A DNA stretch of 47,218 nt from NCBI RefSeq assembly GCF_000372725.1, contig NW_005201259.1, positions 353,949-401,166 on the forward strand, written 5' to 3'. Position 1 is the first letter of the stretch; every line of letters begins with the position of its first letter. Of the stretch, positions 32,697-44,390 are shown in pieces. Source of the DNA: Emiliania huxleyi CCMP1516. Its lineage: Eukaryota. Made by a program: the position numbers and the translations under genes. The notes under the pieces were generated by a model. The model was not told the origin of the DNA. It worked only from the letters and a program-made list of their open reading frames with translations, and made no database searches.

Positions 32697-34725
32697 ATGA
32701 TCACGCACAGTACGCGCTCGCGGCGCTGGCCCATCCCTCTGACGCTGGTAGCTACCACGCTCTTTGCGGCGCTGACACTCGTTGGTCGGCGGCCCAGCAG
32801 CGAGGGCATCGACTCTCTCGCGACTGCCTTTGACGACAGTACAATGGCAGCAACACTGACCGCCGAGCAGAAGCTCGTCGACTTTCAAGTGTCCGCGGAC
32901 GAGACGGAGGAGGCTGTCAACTCCCAGATTGGCACCGCCGGCGCGCAAGCGGGCTCCCTCTCCTTGCCGGCGTCGTCAGAGGTGCTTCCCGCGCCGCTCG
33001 AGCACGTGAGGCAGTCGGTGGCAGACGGCGTGGGCGAGGCGAGCACGCGGTTCGGTGGCGAGGTGGGAAAGGCGGGCCGGTTTGCGAGCTCGCGCGTCAC
33101 CGAGTCGCTGCTCGGCCTCGCGCAGGCCGGCGGCCTCGGCGATCTGAAGCCGGGCGGGTTGTCGGTCGAGTGGGAGGAGCTGGCCATCAGTGGGGTGGGA
33201 GGCGCGCGGAAGAAAGTGGCCTGTAGAGCCCTGGTCCGACAGTCTCATACTCTCCGACAGCACACGCCCGACAGTTCGGCAGCGCGGTCTGGCCTCCTAG
33301 GCGCGCAGTCTCATACTCTCCGACAGCACACGCCCGACAGTTCGGCAGCGCGGTCTGGCCTCCTAGGCGCGCAGTCTCATACTCTCCGACAGCACACACC
33401 CGACAGTCCGGCAGCGCGGTCTGGCCTCCTAGGCGCGCGGCTAAAGGCGGTGGTTGCGTATCCCAAGGCTGGGGCGGCGGAGGCGACACGCCGCTTCCCA
33501 GTCGTCGTCCTCTGCAACTCGTGGGTGATGAACTGGTGGGAGTACGCCGTCAAGCAGCAGGAGTGGGCGGCGGCGGGGTACGTCGTGCTGATGTACGTCG
33601 CGCGGGGCTGGTGGGAGTCGGAGGGGGAAGTGACCGCCGCGGGCCCGCTCGAGGCCCCGCCGAGAGATAGCCGAGACGCAGCCGAGAGAAGGGGGAGATA
33701 CACGGGAGGTGAGCGACGCGGGCGCCGTGGGTCGAGGTGGACGACGCTCGCCGCGTGCTCGACACGGTCGAGACGCGCGCCGCCGACTGGCACGCCGACC
33801 CGTCCCGCATCGCCACGGCGGGCGTCTCGTATGGCGGAGGCCTTGCTGTCCTCACGGCCGCCGCCGACAGCCGCGTGACGGCGGCGGTCTCTCTCTCGGG
33901 GTGGGGCAACATCAACCGCGCCCTCGCGGGGCAGGGCGCGCCGCAGCCCCGTGCCCTTCCTAGACCACTCCTAGACCTCTCCTAGACCCTTCCTAGCCCT
34001 GTGCCCTGGCCAGCAAGCCGCCCTCCCCGCGAACTTGCTCGGAACCTTCTCGGAAGCTTCTCGGACGCCTCTTCGTAGGCGCGCCGAACCTGTTCTGGTA
34101 CGAGGTGTGGACAGCTCGAAGCAGCTCCCGGCTAGACCTCGGCTGTGTCTCGGCTGTGTCTCGGCTGTGTCTCGGCTGTATCTCGGCTGTATCTCGGCTG
34201 TATCTCGGCTGTATCTGGCAGGTGCTCAAGCTGAGTGGCTCTCCATGGGTGGGCATGGGCCGGCTCTCCAACTCCGTCTCGCCACACTTCCGCGCCATCC
34301 TCGCCGGCACGCCGGGGGAGAGGGGCGGGGGGGGGGGCGCGGTGCCGCACTCTATCTCGGCCACCTCTCGGCCGCCTCTCGGCCTTAGGCAACCGCTCCG
34401 AGGAGGTTGTGGGGTGGTGCCGCACTCGCTCGCCAGAAGCGCACCTGCAGGCGGCTGCTCGCGGGGGGCGGGCGGCTGCGAGGACGTGCCGTGGACGCGC
34501 CTCGGACGTGTCCTGGACGTGTCCCCGCAGGACTTGTGCGGCGGCGGTCGCGCCACGCCCGTTCTCCTGTCCAACAACGCGGAGGACCGGCTCTTCGCGC
34601 CCGACGCGGCGCTGCTCTACCGGCAGGCGCTGCATGGCGCCGGCTGCCGCGTCGAGACGATGATCCACGAGGGGATCCACGCCATGGCAGAGCTGCCAGG
34701 CTCTCTCTCTCCCCCTCTCTCTCCC

Positions 34726-34805
<80 letters not shown>

Positions 34806-36861
34806 CCTCTCTCCCTCTCCCCTCTCACCCTTCATCTCTTTTCTCTGCCGCCAGCCATGCTTGGTTTCTTGAGTCATGTCCAGTCATGTCCTCACCCGTC
34901 ATCTCACTGGAACCTGCCAGGCATGTTGGGCTTCTCCGACGCCGTCGCAACATCGTCCCCGCTCTGGAGCCGTGTCCTGGCTTTCCTCGACGCCAACCTC
35001 AAGCCGGGCGCCGCGCCGCCGCCGCCGCCGCCACCCGCCCTCTCGTTCCAGCTGCGCCAGCCAGAGGCGTCTGTCTTCAAGAACTACGTGCCGGCCGGAT
35101 CTAGATGCGGCACATCCTCTGCTGGCCACCCTCTCACCTCGAGACCTCGAGACGAGGTAGTGTGCTCGGCTGCGCCCCCACCACGTTGCAGCCGTGTGCG
35201 TAGGGGGGGGGGGGGTATTCCACACAAGGCGCGGGCACGCCGCTTCACCCCCGCCCTCCCCCCTACCCCCCTACCCCCCCTACCCCCTCTCACGCCACGT
35301 CCAGGTGCCAGTCTACCTCGACTTCGACTCGTGGCCGTCGCCGCGCGTGCAGCCGTCAAGCTACAGGCTCCGCGGCGACGCGCTGGCGCCGCCGCAGGCT
35401 AGAGGTTGGGCGGCGCTGCTCTGCCTCCGCCGCCGACTAGAACGTTCTCATCCGTTCCATCCGCTCGTCAGATGTCGCAGCGCCGTCTCCGCCGCCGAAG
35501 GCCGAGGAGTGCACGCGGCGGCTGGCGTATGGCCCCGACACGGGCTTCAGCGGCGGGGCGCCGCTCCACACCGCTCTGGGGCGGGGGGTGGCTCGAGAAG
35601 TGTCTCGGAACGTGCCGCCTCGGCTCTCTCCCCCTCAGGTGCCGCTGCTGAGCCCGTTTGTCTCTGCCGCCGCCGGGGTGCAGATCAAGTCGTACCGGCG
35701 CGCCATCAACTCTAGCTCGGCGGCGCTCTTTGTCGCGCCGCCGCAGGAGCACCACCCTTCCCCTCTCCCGCTCGTAGCCTCGCCCCTAGCCCCCCCCCCC
35801 ACCCCCCCCACCCACCCACCCACCCACCACACACACACACACACACCCCACCACCACCACCACCACCACCACCACCACCACCACCACCACCACCACCACC
35901 ACTAGGCGGCGCCTCTGCGGGTGTGCGGCATCCCAAACGCCACCTTCCACGCCTCCTCCAGCATGGACCGCTTCCAGCTCGCGGCGCGCGTCTTCTCGAT
36001 GGCGCCAAACGGCGAGACGAGCCGAGACGAGCCGAGACGAGCCGAGCGGAGCCGAGAGGAGCCGAGCGAGCGGGGGTGTGCCGGCAGGCGAGCTCGAGCT
36101 CCTCTCATCCGGCTAATGGATCATGAGTAGTGAAGAAAGACTCCTCCACAGGCGAGCTCGAGCTCCTCTCATCCGGCTAATGGATCATGAGTAGTGAAGA
36201 AAGACTCCTCCACAGGCGAGCTCGAGCTCCTCTCATCCGGCTAATGGATCATGAGTAGTGAAGAGTGACTCCTCCACAGGCGAGCTCGAGCTCCTCTCAT
36301 CCGGCTAATGGATCATGAGTAGTGAAGAAAGACTCATCCACAGGCGAGCTCGAGCTCCTCTCATCCGGCTAATGGATCATGAGTAGTGAAGAGAGACTCC
36401 TCCACAGGCGAGCTCGAGCTCCTCTCCTTCGGCGCGCGCGACGTGTGGCACCGAGGGCCGGACCCGCCGTGCTTGCGCCCGGACGGCATCACGGATGAGA
36501 GAGGAACACCCCGGGGACTTGTGGGACCTCCCCGTAGGTACCTGCGCCCGGACGACGTCAGGGACAACTGGGACGTGCCGGCCGGTGGCGCAGGGGAGGT
36601 GGTGGTGCGGATGGCGGCCCTCTGCACCGACGTGCCCGCCGACCGCACGAGCCTGCTTCCGTGCAGGACCTCTCTTAGACATTTCCTGGAACATTCCTGT
36701 AGGTGCCCGCCGGCAACGCCGTCGCCCTCGGCCTCTCCTTGCACGACCCGACCCGCGCCGCCGCAAACAGCGACGTGGCATTGCGCGTGGACGTCGGCTG
36801 CTGCGGCGCGAGCGCGCTGTGGCTGCCCGTCGTGGGGGCGAGCGGAGGAGCGGCACTTTGA
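32697..36861 (+). CDS. CocE/NonD (peptidase S15) alpha/beta hydrolase with N-terminal anchor, many introns
   Basis: FPVVV..SW, AAAGYVV..Y.ARGWWESEG, nucleophile GVSYGG, NAEDRLF (Asp), EGIHA (His). C-terminal jelly-roll-like exons (LRVCGIP, VPAGNAVALGL) end at TGA 36859-36861. Confidence 0.85.
33240..33437 (+). repeat. 66-bp tandem repeat x3 spanning a splice acceptor
   Basis: Units start at 33240, 33306, 33372; each ends ctag|gcgcg. Confidence 0.95.
36085..36426 (+). repeat. 64-bp tandem repeat x5 plus a partial copy, each carrying acceptor + exon start
   Basis: Units start at 36085, 36149, 36213, 36277, 36341, 36405 (cag|gcgagctcgagctcctctc). Confidence 0.95.
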
Positions 36862-37509
36862 GGATTCCATGAGTATGTTGCGCGGCGGCGCGGGCCGCCG
36901 GCGCGCCCCCGCCCCTCCAACTTGGTCTTGGAACTTGTTCGGGGCCGCAGAGAGAACTTTAGTGGTAGAGCGCGCATCTTCAATCTAGAGACTAGAGAGA
37001 CAAGGAGGCCATTTTACACGTGGACGTCATTGCTCTGACACACACAATCCGAAATTCGGAGGCGACCGCAAACACGGCATCTGAAACGGATGCGCGTTCG
37101 TGCATGGTGAAGGCATTCTCTGACCTTTTGTTGTAACTCGAGCGGTGTAAGGCTAAAGGGTCGAAAAAGCCAGACACTACTGGTGGTCCAGAACGGAGCG
37201 CAGCTGCGCACTGTCCACTCACTCCGATGGAGCCCGATATGTATGTGTGAGACCTGAGAGCAGCGTGCAGCTGGAGCGCGAGCGCGCACAATCGAGCGCC
37301 GCCCATGCACTGCTGTCTCGGTCCTCTACGTCGGCTCGTCATCCATGGTACACAATCCTCTCCCGCGCAAGAGCAGGGAGATGCGGTTCTCGTGCGGCAC
37401 GAGCCGGAAACGCAGTCCGCGCCGCGGCTCGTCGAGAGGCATGGTCGAAAATTGGCGGAACATTGGCCGAGATGAAAAACTGGCCGAGATGAAACATTGG
37501 CGCCGAAGG

Positions 37510-40290
37510 TCACAGCGGCGGCGTGGCCTGGGCGGGCTCCTCCTGCTTGACTGCGGAGTGGGTGGTTGCCGTCGGGCGGGCCGGTCCGCGCTCCACCGCC
37601 TCCACCCGCCGCCGCAGGACGGAGGCCTGCAGCCCGCTTGGCTGGAGCGGCAGGGCGGCGAGGAAGGCCTGCGAGGGGCGTTGGGAGGGGGAGGAGAAGG
37701 CGGGTGGACGCGGGGGCGGGGGCGGGGGCGGGGCGTATCATGGGAGTTGAGTGCCCTCGAGCCGTCCGGCTGCCCCGACTCGGCAAATCTCGGCAAATCT
37801 CGGCAAATCTCGGCTCATCTCGGCTCATCTCGCCTCGAGCTGCCCCGACTCGGCAAGGAGCGGCACCGACATTCCACGCCGGAGACACCTGCGGCGCGTC
37901 GAAGGTTGGGCGGCGTTACGTCGGCGTCGGGCTGGGCGGCGGGCGCACCAGGACTAGCCACACCGACGCGCTGCATGCGGGGTGGGCGGGCGGCGAGACG
38001 TGCGGGAGTGGGGGCGGAGGGTGCGCGTGCGCGGGGGGGGCGCTCTTGACCGCGGGGGCCAATCTCTCTCGGACAATCTCGGACAATCTCGGGTCATCTC
38101 ACCAGCTGAGCGCAGCGCTCTTCACCTCGTCGCTCATGTCGCTCGTCAGCGTCGCAAGCCCCTCCACCACCGCCCCCTCGGGAAACCGGCGAGCCCCCCG
38201 CTCCACGCCCACCGGCGGCGAGGCCGCCGGGAGAGGCACCGCCGCCCCTGACGCCGCCCCTGCGGCCGCCGCCTGCCCCGCCGCCGCCACCGGCCGGAAT
38301 GGCGCCGCCTCCACCCTGCTGAACGCGGTGGTCTCGGCCGCCCCTCGCAAACCCGCCGAGCGTGGTTGAGCAATCGGCTGCTGCGCCGGCAGCGGGCTTG
38401 CAATCTGGACCGGGACGGGCTGCCGGCCGGCCGAGTGCAGCTGCTGCACGTGCTGTACGGCCTGCACTTGCTGCGCGCTGTACAGCTGCTGCTGCATCTG
38501 CGGCGGCATCTGTGGCAACATCTGCATCTGCGGCTGCATCTGCGGCTGCATCTGCGGCTGCTGCGGGGGCGACTGCTGCGGCGGCATCACCACCATCGTG
38601 GCGGGATGCGGCGCGGCGATCTGCATCGCGGCCATCGACTGGTGCGGCGCCTAATCTCGGGTGATCTCGGGTGGCCTCGGGTGATCTCGGCGTCGCCGCC
38701 CTCGGCTGGTGCGGCGCCTGCTGCAGCCGCAGCCGCCCGACGTGCAGCAGCTGAGCCTGGGGCAAGGGCGCACATGACAAGGCTGGGAGGACAAGGCTGG
38801 GAGGACAAGGCTGGGAGGACAAGGCTGGGAGGACAAGGCTGGGAGGAGACGAGGGCGGGAGAGGGACAGAGAGGCTGCGAGGCAAGCGTCGGCGCGAGAG
38901 CGGGGGGCGCGTGGGCCGGCGTGTCCAGAGGCTGTGAGGCAAACCGCCGCCAGAGAGATAAAACGCCGCCCCGTAATCAGAGAGTGTGCGGGCGGGGTTC
39001 TGGCGTCAGAAGAGAGTGTGCGGGCAGGGAGCAAGGCGCCTGGCCACACGGTGCGTAGACTTGCGGGTGGCCGGCCGCGCCTGAGGAGCGGAGGCGAGCG
39101 AGCTGAGGGCGGGGCTGCGGTCCCGTGGAGGGCGTTCGCAGCTGAATGCGACTGCGACGCTCGCAAGGACGGGGGCGTTTGTTTCTGCATCTGGAATGGC
39201 GGGCCATAGTGCGGCGCAAGCTCCCAAGGCTGGCCGGGCGGGAGGGCGTGGCCGGTCGGCAGCGCGGCGTGCTGCGGCGCGAGGAGCACGCCGCCGCCGT
39301 GCGACGCGTAGGCGCACCTAGACGAAGCTTCCGAGAAGGTTCGGGCGGACGGCTCTGCGAGGCGGCCACCGAGTGTGCAGAGGGGCGCACGGCGCTGCCG
39401 CGGGCGCGAAGGGGCGGAAGGCGGGCTGTGGCGGCCGCAGCGGCACCAGCTGGGGCGGCGCGTACTCGTGCTCCGGAGACGAAGCCAGCGAGCTGCTGCA
39501 GCTGTTGTGCCGGGCGCCACACAGCGCGAGGGCAGGCAGCGCCGCGCTGGGCTGAGGGGGGGGAGGGGCGCCGAGCGAGGTGGGCATTCGCTTGGCGTCG
39601 CCAGCCGCGTCCGCGAGCGCCGCCAGCGGGTCCCCGGCAGAGCTGCAAGCAGGCCTCGCTCGCTTGCCGGGCTGAACGCGCCGCGGGTCGGAGGAGGAGG
39701 AGGAGGCGGCCGCCGCCGACTGGCCCGCGCTTCCGCTCTGCGGGGCGGCAGAGGGCCCGAGGGGGAGGGGCGCCGAGCTGGCCTGCGCTGGCGCGGATTT
39801 GCGCGCCTTGGACGGGCCAGCCCGCTCCTTTGGCTCGGCCGACGCGCGCCGCTGCAGAAAGGTGATGCCCGACTCAGCGAGCCGGCGGAGCGCGCGCACA
39901 AAGGAGGCGCGCTCGGCACTCGCGTGGGGGCACTCGCGGCAGTCGGTGTACTTTTGAGCGAGCTGATCGCACGCGGGCCGGTCGGGGATCTGGTCCAGGA
40001 TCCGCCGGACCAGCGGTTCTGGCGGCAGATCATAAGTCTTGTCCTCGACCGCCTTGCTCGTGTGGTTGAAGAGCTGGGCAAAGTCCTTCATCGCGGCCTT
40101 GATGGGGCAGCTCTCCGGCCAGTGCATCGCGAGCCTGAGAGGGCCGCGCAAAGGGTCGCCGCGGCGGCTCCGCAAGCGGTGAGAGGGAGGGCCCGCCCCC
40201 CCGGCAGGTCGGCTATCCAGCGCGGGCCTCGGAGGATGGTCTCGTAAAGCACGTCTTCGAACTTCTGTCCTTTCATTAGCGAAGTAGGTC
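37510..40290 (-). CDS. Hypothetical multi-exon protein: helical N-domain, Pro/Gln-rich middle, small helical (SAM-like?) C-domain; 5' end uncertain
   Basis: LAMHWPESCPIKAAMKDFAQLF.., MQPQMQPQ repeats, and spliced tail KSAALSWCLRRGMSVPLLAESGQLE|AFLAALPLQPSGLQASVLRRRV..TPPL*. Confidence 0.55.
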
Positions 40291-40464
40291 CTACCGCCGA
40301 GAGTCTCTTCTTAATCCGCCGAGAGGTAAGCGCCGCCGCATTCAACAACGGTTGAAAAGAAATGCAGCGCGCTGCACGACGCTCCACCTCTCCGCGCGCT
40401 CTGTCTGTGTCTCTCTCCTTCTCCCCTCGTTCTCTTCTTCTCGTTCTCCCTCCCAAATCACTGT

Positions 40465-40566
40465 GAGAGTCGTGATTTGTTGTTGGTCTTCAAAAATCTC
40501 TCTCTCTCTCTCTCTGAGGGTCGTGATTTCTTGTCACGTTGTTAGTCTTCAAAAATCTCTCTCTCC
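40465..40566 (+). mobile_element. Two tandem micro-truncated retroposon 3' ends with (TC)n tails
   Basis: gtcgtgattt...gtcttcaaaaatctctctc occurs twice. Confidence 0.5.
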
Positions 40567-41026
40567 CCCCCTCGCTCTCTCTTGCGAGCACTGACTGCAA
40601 GAAGAACTGGTAGGTAGGATTCCTACCTAGCGCGCTGGCTCGTGGCTGGATTCTGCAGCCGTTGTCGTCGCTGTTTAGTTACGCGCAGGCCCGGGGGCCC
40701 GAAGCGACTCGTGTGGATTTGTTGCATAGCATTCTCCCCACAGCACGAACCAGCCGCTGCCCAAGAAAGAAGATCGAGGCCTTGACTGGCCAGCGCGTCG
40801 TCGCTATAGCCTGGGATCCTGTGTGGCCACTGGGCGCGCATGCTCGAGGGCCGAGGCGGAGGACGTGGCGGCGATGGGAAGGCCTCTTCGCCGATCTCGG
40901 CGGTGGTTGTGTCCGAGGAGGCCACCGGCCAAAAGCGCATGTCTTGAAGGTCTGATACTGAGTACTCGAGTAGCTTTTAGTAACAAAGGCAAAGGCGTTT
41001 CTCACCGCGCGCGGGCCCCCGCCGCC

Positions 41027-42449
41027 ATGAATCCGGAGGACACCCTACCGCCCGACGTCACCTTCAGGCCGGTCACTGCCTACCCGGCCTTGACGGCTTG
41101 GCCGGACCGAGCCACGCTCTACGCCCTGACGAGCGCCAACACCGTCGCCACCGAGCCGCGCCGGCCGACGGTGATCCACATGTACGACAGCGGGTGAGGC
41201 GGGTGCCGCCCGTGCGCCGAGGCCATGGCTGCCTGGGCGCACGGCGGCAGCTACGGCGACCGCGTCCGCTTCCTCATGCTCTGCGTGGAGACGGGCGCGA
41301 GTGGCCTCCGCACGGCCAAGGCGTTTGGCAAGGAGTTTCGGCTGCCAGCGACGGTGGTGAACGGGTACATTGAGAGCAAGTCGGAGCTGCCGCGCTTCGG
41401 CCAGCTCGGCTGCGGCGGCTTTGTGGTCCTCGGTCGCCACGGAGAGTTTGTCGCCGCGCGAACCGTGCCTTCGTATCTGGACCGAGGCAGCTACCGCACC
41501 AGAGCTCCGCCCGAGCCGGCATCGGATCAGGCGAGTCTGGTGGCTGGATGTAGGCGCCCTGGCCTTCGCCGCGGTCGAGGCCCTCCTGGCCGGCCTCGGC
41601 GTCCAGAGGTCCACTCCCGCCACCGGCGGCGGCGGCGGCGGCAGTGAGGGCAAAGGCGGCGCCGCCGCTGCGCCGCTGCTGCTGGCCGCGGTCGCCCACG
41701 CGCAGATGGATCGCGAGCACGAGGGCCTCGCCGACGCGGCGGACGCCCTCCGGCAGCAGCGCAGCCTGGCGAGCCTACGCCGCCTCAGGCGCGGCGGAGA
41801 TGCGGCCGAGATGCGGCGAGATGCGGGGAGATGTGGCAGCCTGGCGAGCTCGAGATGCAGTTGAGGTGCAGCGGAGATGCGGCGAGGTGCGGCGAGGTGC
41901 GGGGACTGTGCCGAGCGCCTGTTCACAGCGTCGCTTCGCTCTCTCCCTCGCTGCTTCGCAGGCGGGAGTGGGCGGAGCACTGTGCGCACGAAGAGGCGCT
42001 CTTTGAGCAGCACGACTTTGCAGGCCACGGGAGCAGATCTCGGGTGAGCTCGGGTGAGCTCGGGCGATCTCGGCTGATCTCGCCGTGTCTCGCAGGCCAC
42101 CGCTCGAGAGGCGATCTCGCCGGCACCGCGTCGCACGTGAAGCACCACCGCGCGCTCCTGGCGAGCATGGACGCCGCCGTGCAGAGCTGCGAGGAGGGCG
42201 CCGAGTGCTCGCGGGGAGGCTGCTGTGCGCCCGGACTGGTCAGCGACGAATCGGTGCGTTCCGAGATCACCCGAGATGAGCCGAGATGAGCCGCGTTGCG
42301 GCGCACCTCTCCTTGCAGAGAGGGTGCTCGAGCACAGCGGGGGGCGGCGCCTCTTCAGCGGTGTGTGTGCACAGGTGCGCCGCATCCTCGGGGAGCTGCA
42401 GCAGCACGGCGACGTGTACGATGCCGCCTACGTAGGCAGGCTCGGCTAG
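41027..42449 (+). CDS. Selenoprotein: thioredoxin-like domain (UGGC) fused to hemerythrin domain; exons 41027-41486, 41554-41788, 41962-42023, 42096-42253, 42375-42449 (329 aa)
   Basis: In-frame TGA at 41195-41197 in VIHMYDSG-U-GGCRPC. Hemerythrin ligands MDREH, HCAHEE, HVKHH, HGDVYD. Exons total 990 nt in frame. SECIS in the 3'UTR. Confidence 0.88.
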
Positions 42450-42479
42450 CGGCGCTCGAGGCCGACCCCTCCCCTTCCT

Positions 42480-42550
42480 TCCGACGCAACACATGACCAC
42501 TAGTCGGACATCTCCCACTTTGCGGAGCCCGGCCGGTGTGAAGTCCTCAC
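42480..42550 (+). promoter_or_regulatory. SECIS element (form II)
   Basis: ATGAc (42493-42497) / tGAa (42539-42542) quartet; helix cactagtcgg:ccggccggtg (one mismatch); apical ACA; mini-stem ctcc:ggag. Confidence 0.8.
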
Positions 42551-42695
42551 GGGGCCACAAAGCCCTATGCCAACGCGTCGTTTCTCGTGTGGGGCTGGTT
42601 CGGAAAAAGTTTCGTTCTTAAAATATTTTTGAACAAAAAGAAAAATCCCTCCGTACCCGAACGACCATCGGAAGCAAAATGCGCCGCGACTTCAA

Positions 42696-44390
42696 GTGGC
42701 CTCGCCCGGCCGGAGCACAGCTGGCGGACGAACGGCGAGCCGCTGGCGCGACGAGCGGCGGCGCAACGAGCCATGGCTGCGAGGGAGAGACGAGCCGCGA
42801 GGGAGAGACGAGCCGCGAGGGCGCAACGAGCGTGAGCTGCCAAGACGACGGGATCGTCCGCCGCTGTCGCCTCGGTGGGCGCCTCCGCCGCCTCCGGGCG
42901 GTCCGTCGCCGCTGCCACCGCCGCGAAGGACAGGTGGTCCGCCGCAGTCGCCCTCACGCCGGCCAAATCCAGCAGTGCGCAGCGAGCCGCCCTCATCTGG
43001 CCGCTCTGCCGCCGGTGGTCAGCTCAACGCCAAGCAACTCACCGGCCTCATCTCTCGCATGCCCGCGACGCCGACGAGCTGCTCGGGCTCTTTGCTGCCC
43101 ACAGCACGAGCTTGGACCACATCCACGCTGCGAACCTGTGGAACAAACTGGGCCAGAAGTGCATCGAGCGGTGGCACGAGGAGCAGCTAGTGCGGCTGGC
43201 GAAGCGCACGCTCGACCTCGTCTCGTCGTCGTGCGAAGCACGTAACCTGGCGAACATCGCCCACGGCGTGGCAAAGTGCGGTCTGCAAACGAGGGCGGTG
43301 CACGCGCTGTACGCGGCGGTGGCGGAGGCGGCGGTGGGCGGCGGGCTGGCGGGCTTCAACCCTCAGGAGCTGGCTAACACTGTGTGGGCGTATGCGACGG
43401 CGGGCGTGGCTGCGGACGCGCTATTCGCGGCAGTGGCGGAGGTGGCGGTGCGGAGCAGGCTGGCTGGATTCAACCCTCAGAACCTGGCCAACACGGTGTG
43501 GGCGTTTGCAAAGACAGGCGTGGCTGCAGAGGCGCTGTACGCGGCGGTGGCGGAGGCGGTGGTGAGCGGCGGGATGGCCGGCTTCAACGCTCAAAACCTG
43601 GCCAACACGGTGTGGGCGTATGCGACAGCGGGCGTTGCTGCGGTCGCGCTGTACGCGGCGGTGGCGGAGGCGGCGGTGCGCAGCTGGCTGGCCGGCTTTA
43701 CGCCTCAGAACCTAGCCAACACTGTGTGGGCGTATGCGACAGCGGGCGTGGCTGCGGACGCGCTGTACGCGGCGGTGGCGGAGGCGGCGGTGGGCGGCGG
43801 GCTGGCTGGCTTTACGCCTCAGAACCTGGCCAACACGGTGTGGGCGTATGCGACAGCGGGCGTGGCTGCGGACGCGCTGTACGCGGCGGTGGCGGAGGCG
43901 GCGGTGGGCGGCGGGCTGGCTGGCTTTACGCCTCAGAACCTGGCCAACACGGTGTGGGCGTACGCGACGGCAGACCATTATCACCAGGCATTGCTTGCCG
44001 ACTGCTCGCGTGTGATCAGCGACTCGCTCGCGCGGGATCCGTCGCGGTGGAGCATCAAATCCCGCCATCAGCTGCACCAATGGCAGCTCTGGCTCTCCCT
44101 GAAGCAAGGGGCAGACGGGCAGCATCTTCTACCCGACTCCCAGCGCCAGCTTTGCTGCGACGCTATGCACGACACGCAAGTGACGATCTCAGGCTACCTT
44201 GCAGGTTGCAGCGCTCGGTTGCAGCTGCTCTCGCCGCCATCAAGCACGGCTTCGAGAACGAGTATCTCGAGCCGCTCACCGGCTACTCGCTCGACTTGGC
44301 GTGCCCTCCTCACGCATCGCGATCGAGGTGGATGGCCCGTCTCACTTCCTGCGGCCTGACGGCCAAGGTGTGCGCGCGCCCAACGCGCTG
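42696..44390 (+). pseudogene. OPR/FASTK-like helical-repeat + RAP-domain gene, frameshifted and 3'-truncated
   Basis: Six ~40-aa repeats FxPQNLANTVWAYATAGV; RAP motif GYSLD..RIAIEVDGPSHF. Frameshifts near 43053, 44195, 44300; RAP C-terminal half missing. Confidence 0.8.

Noticed and set aside
42833..42835. Second selenocysteine UGA upstream of the OPR ORF
   Set aside because: No redox-motif context; the true N-terminus appears to be in another frame joined by the ~43053 frameshift.
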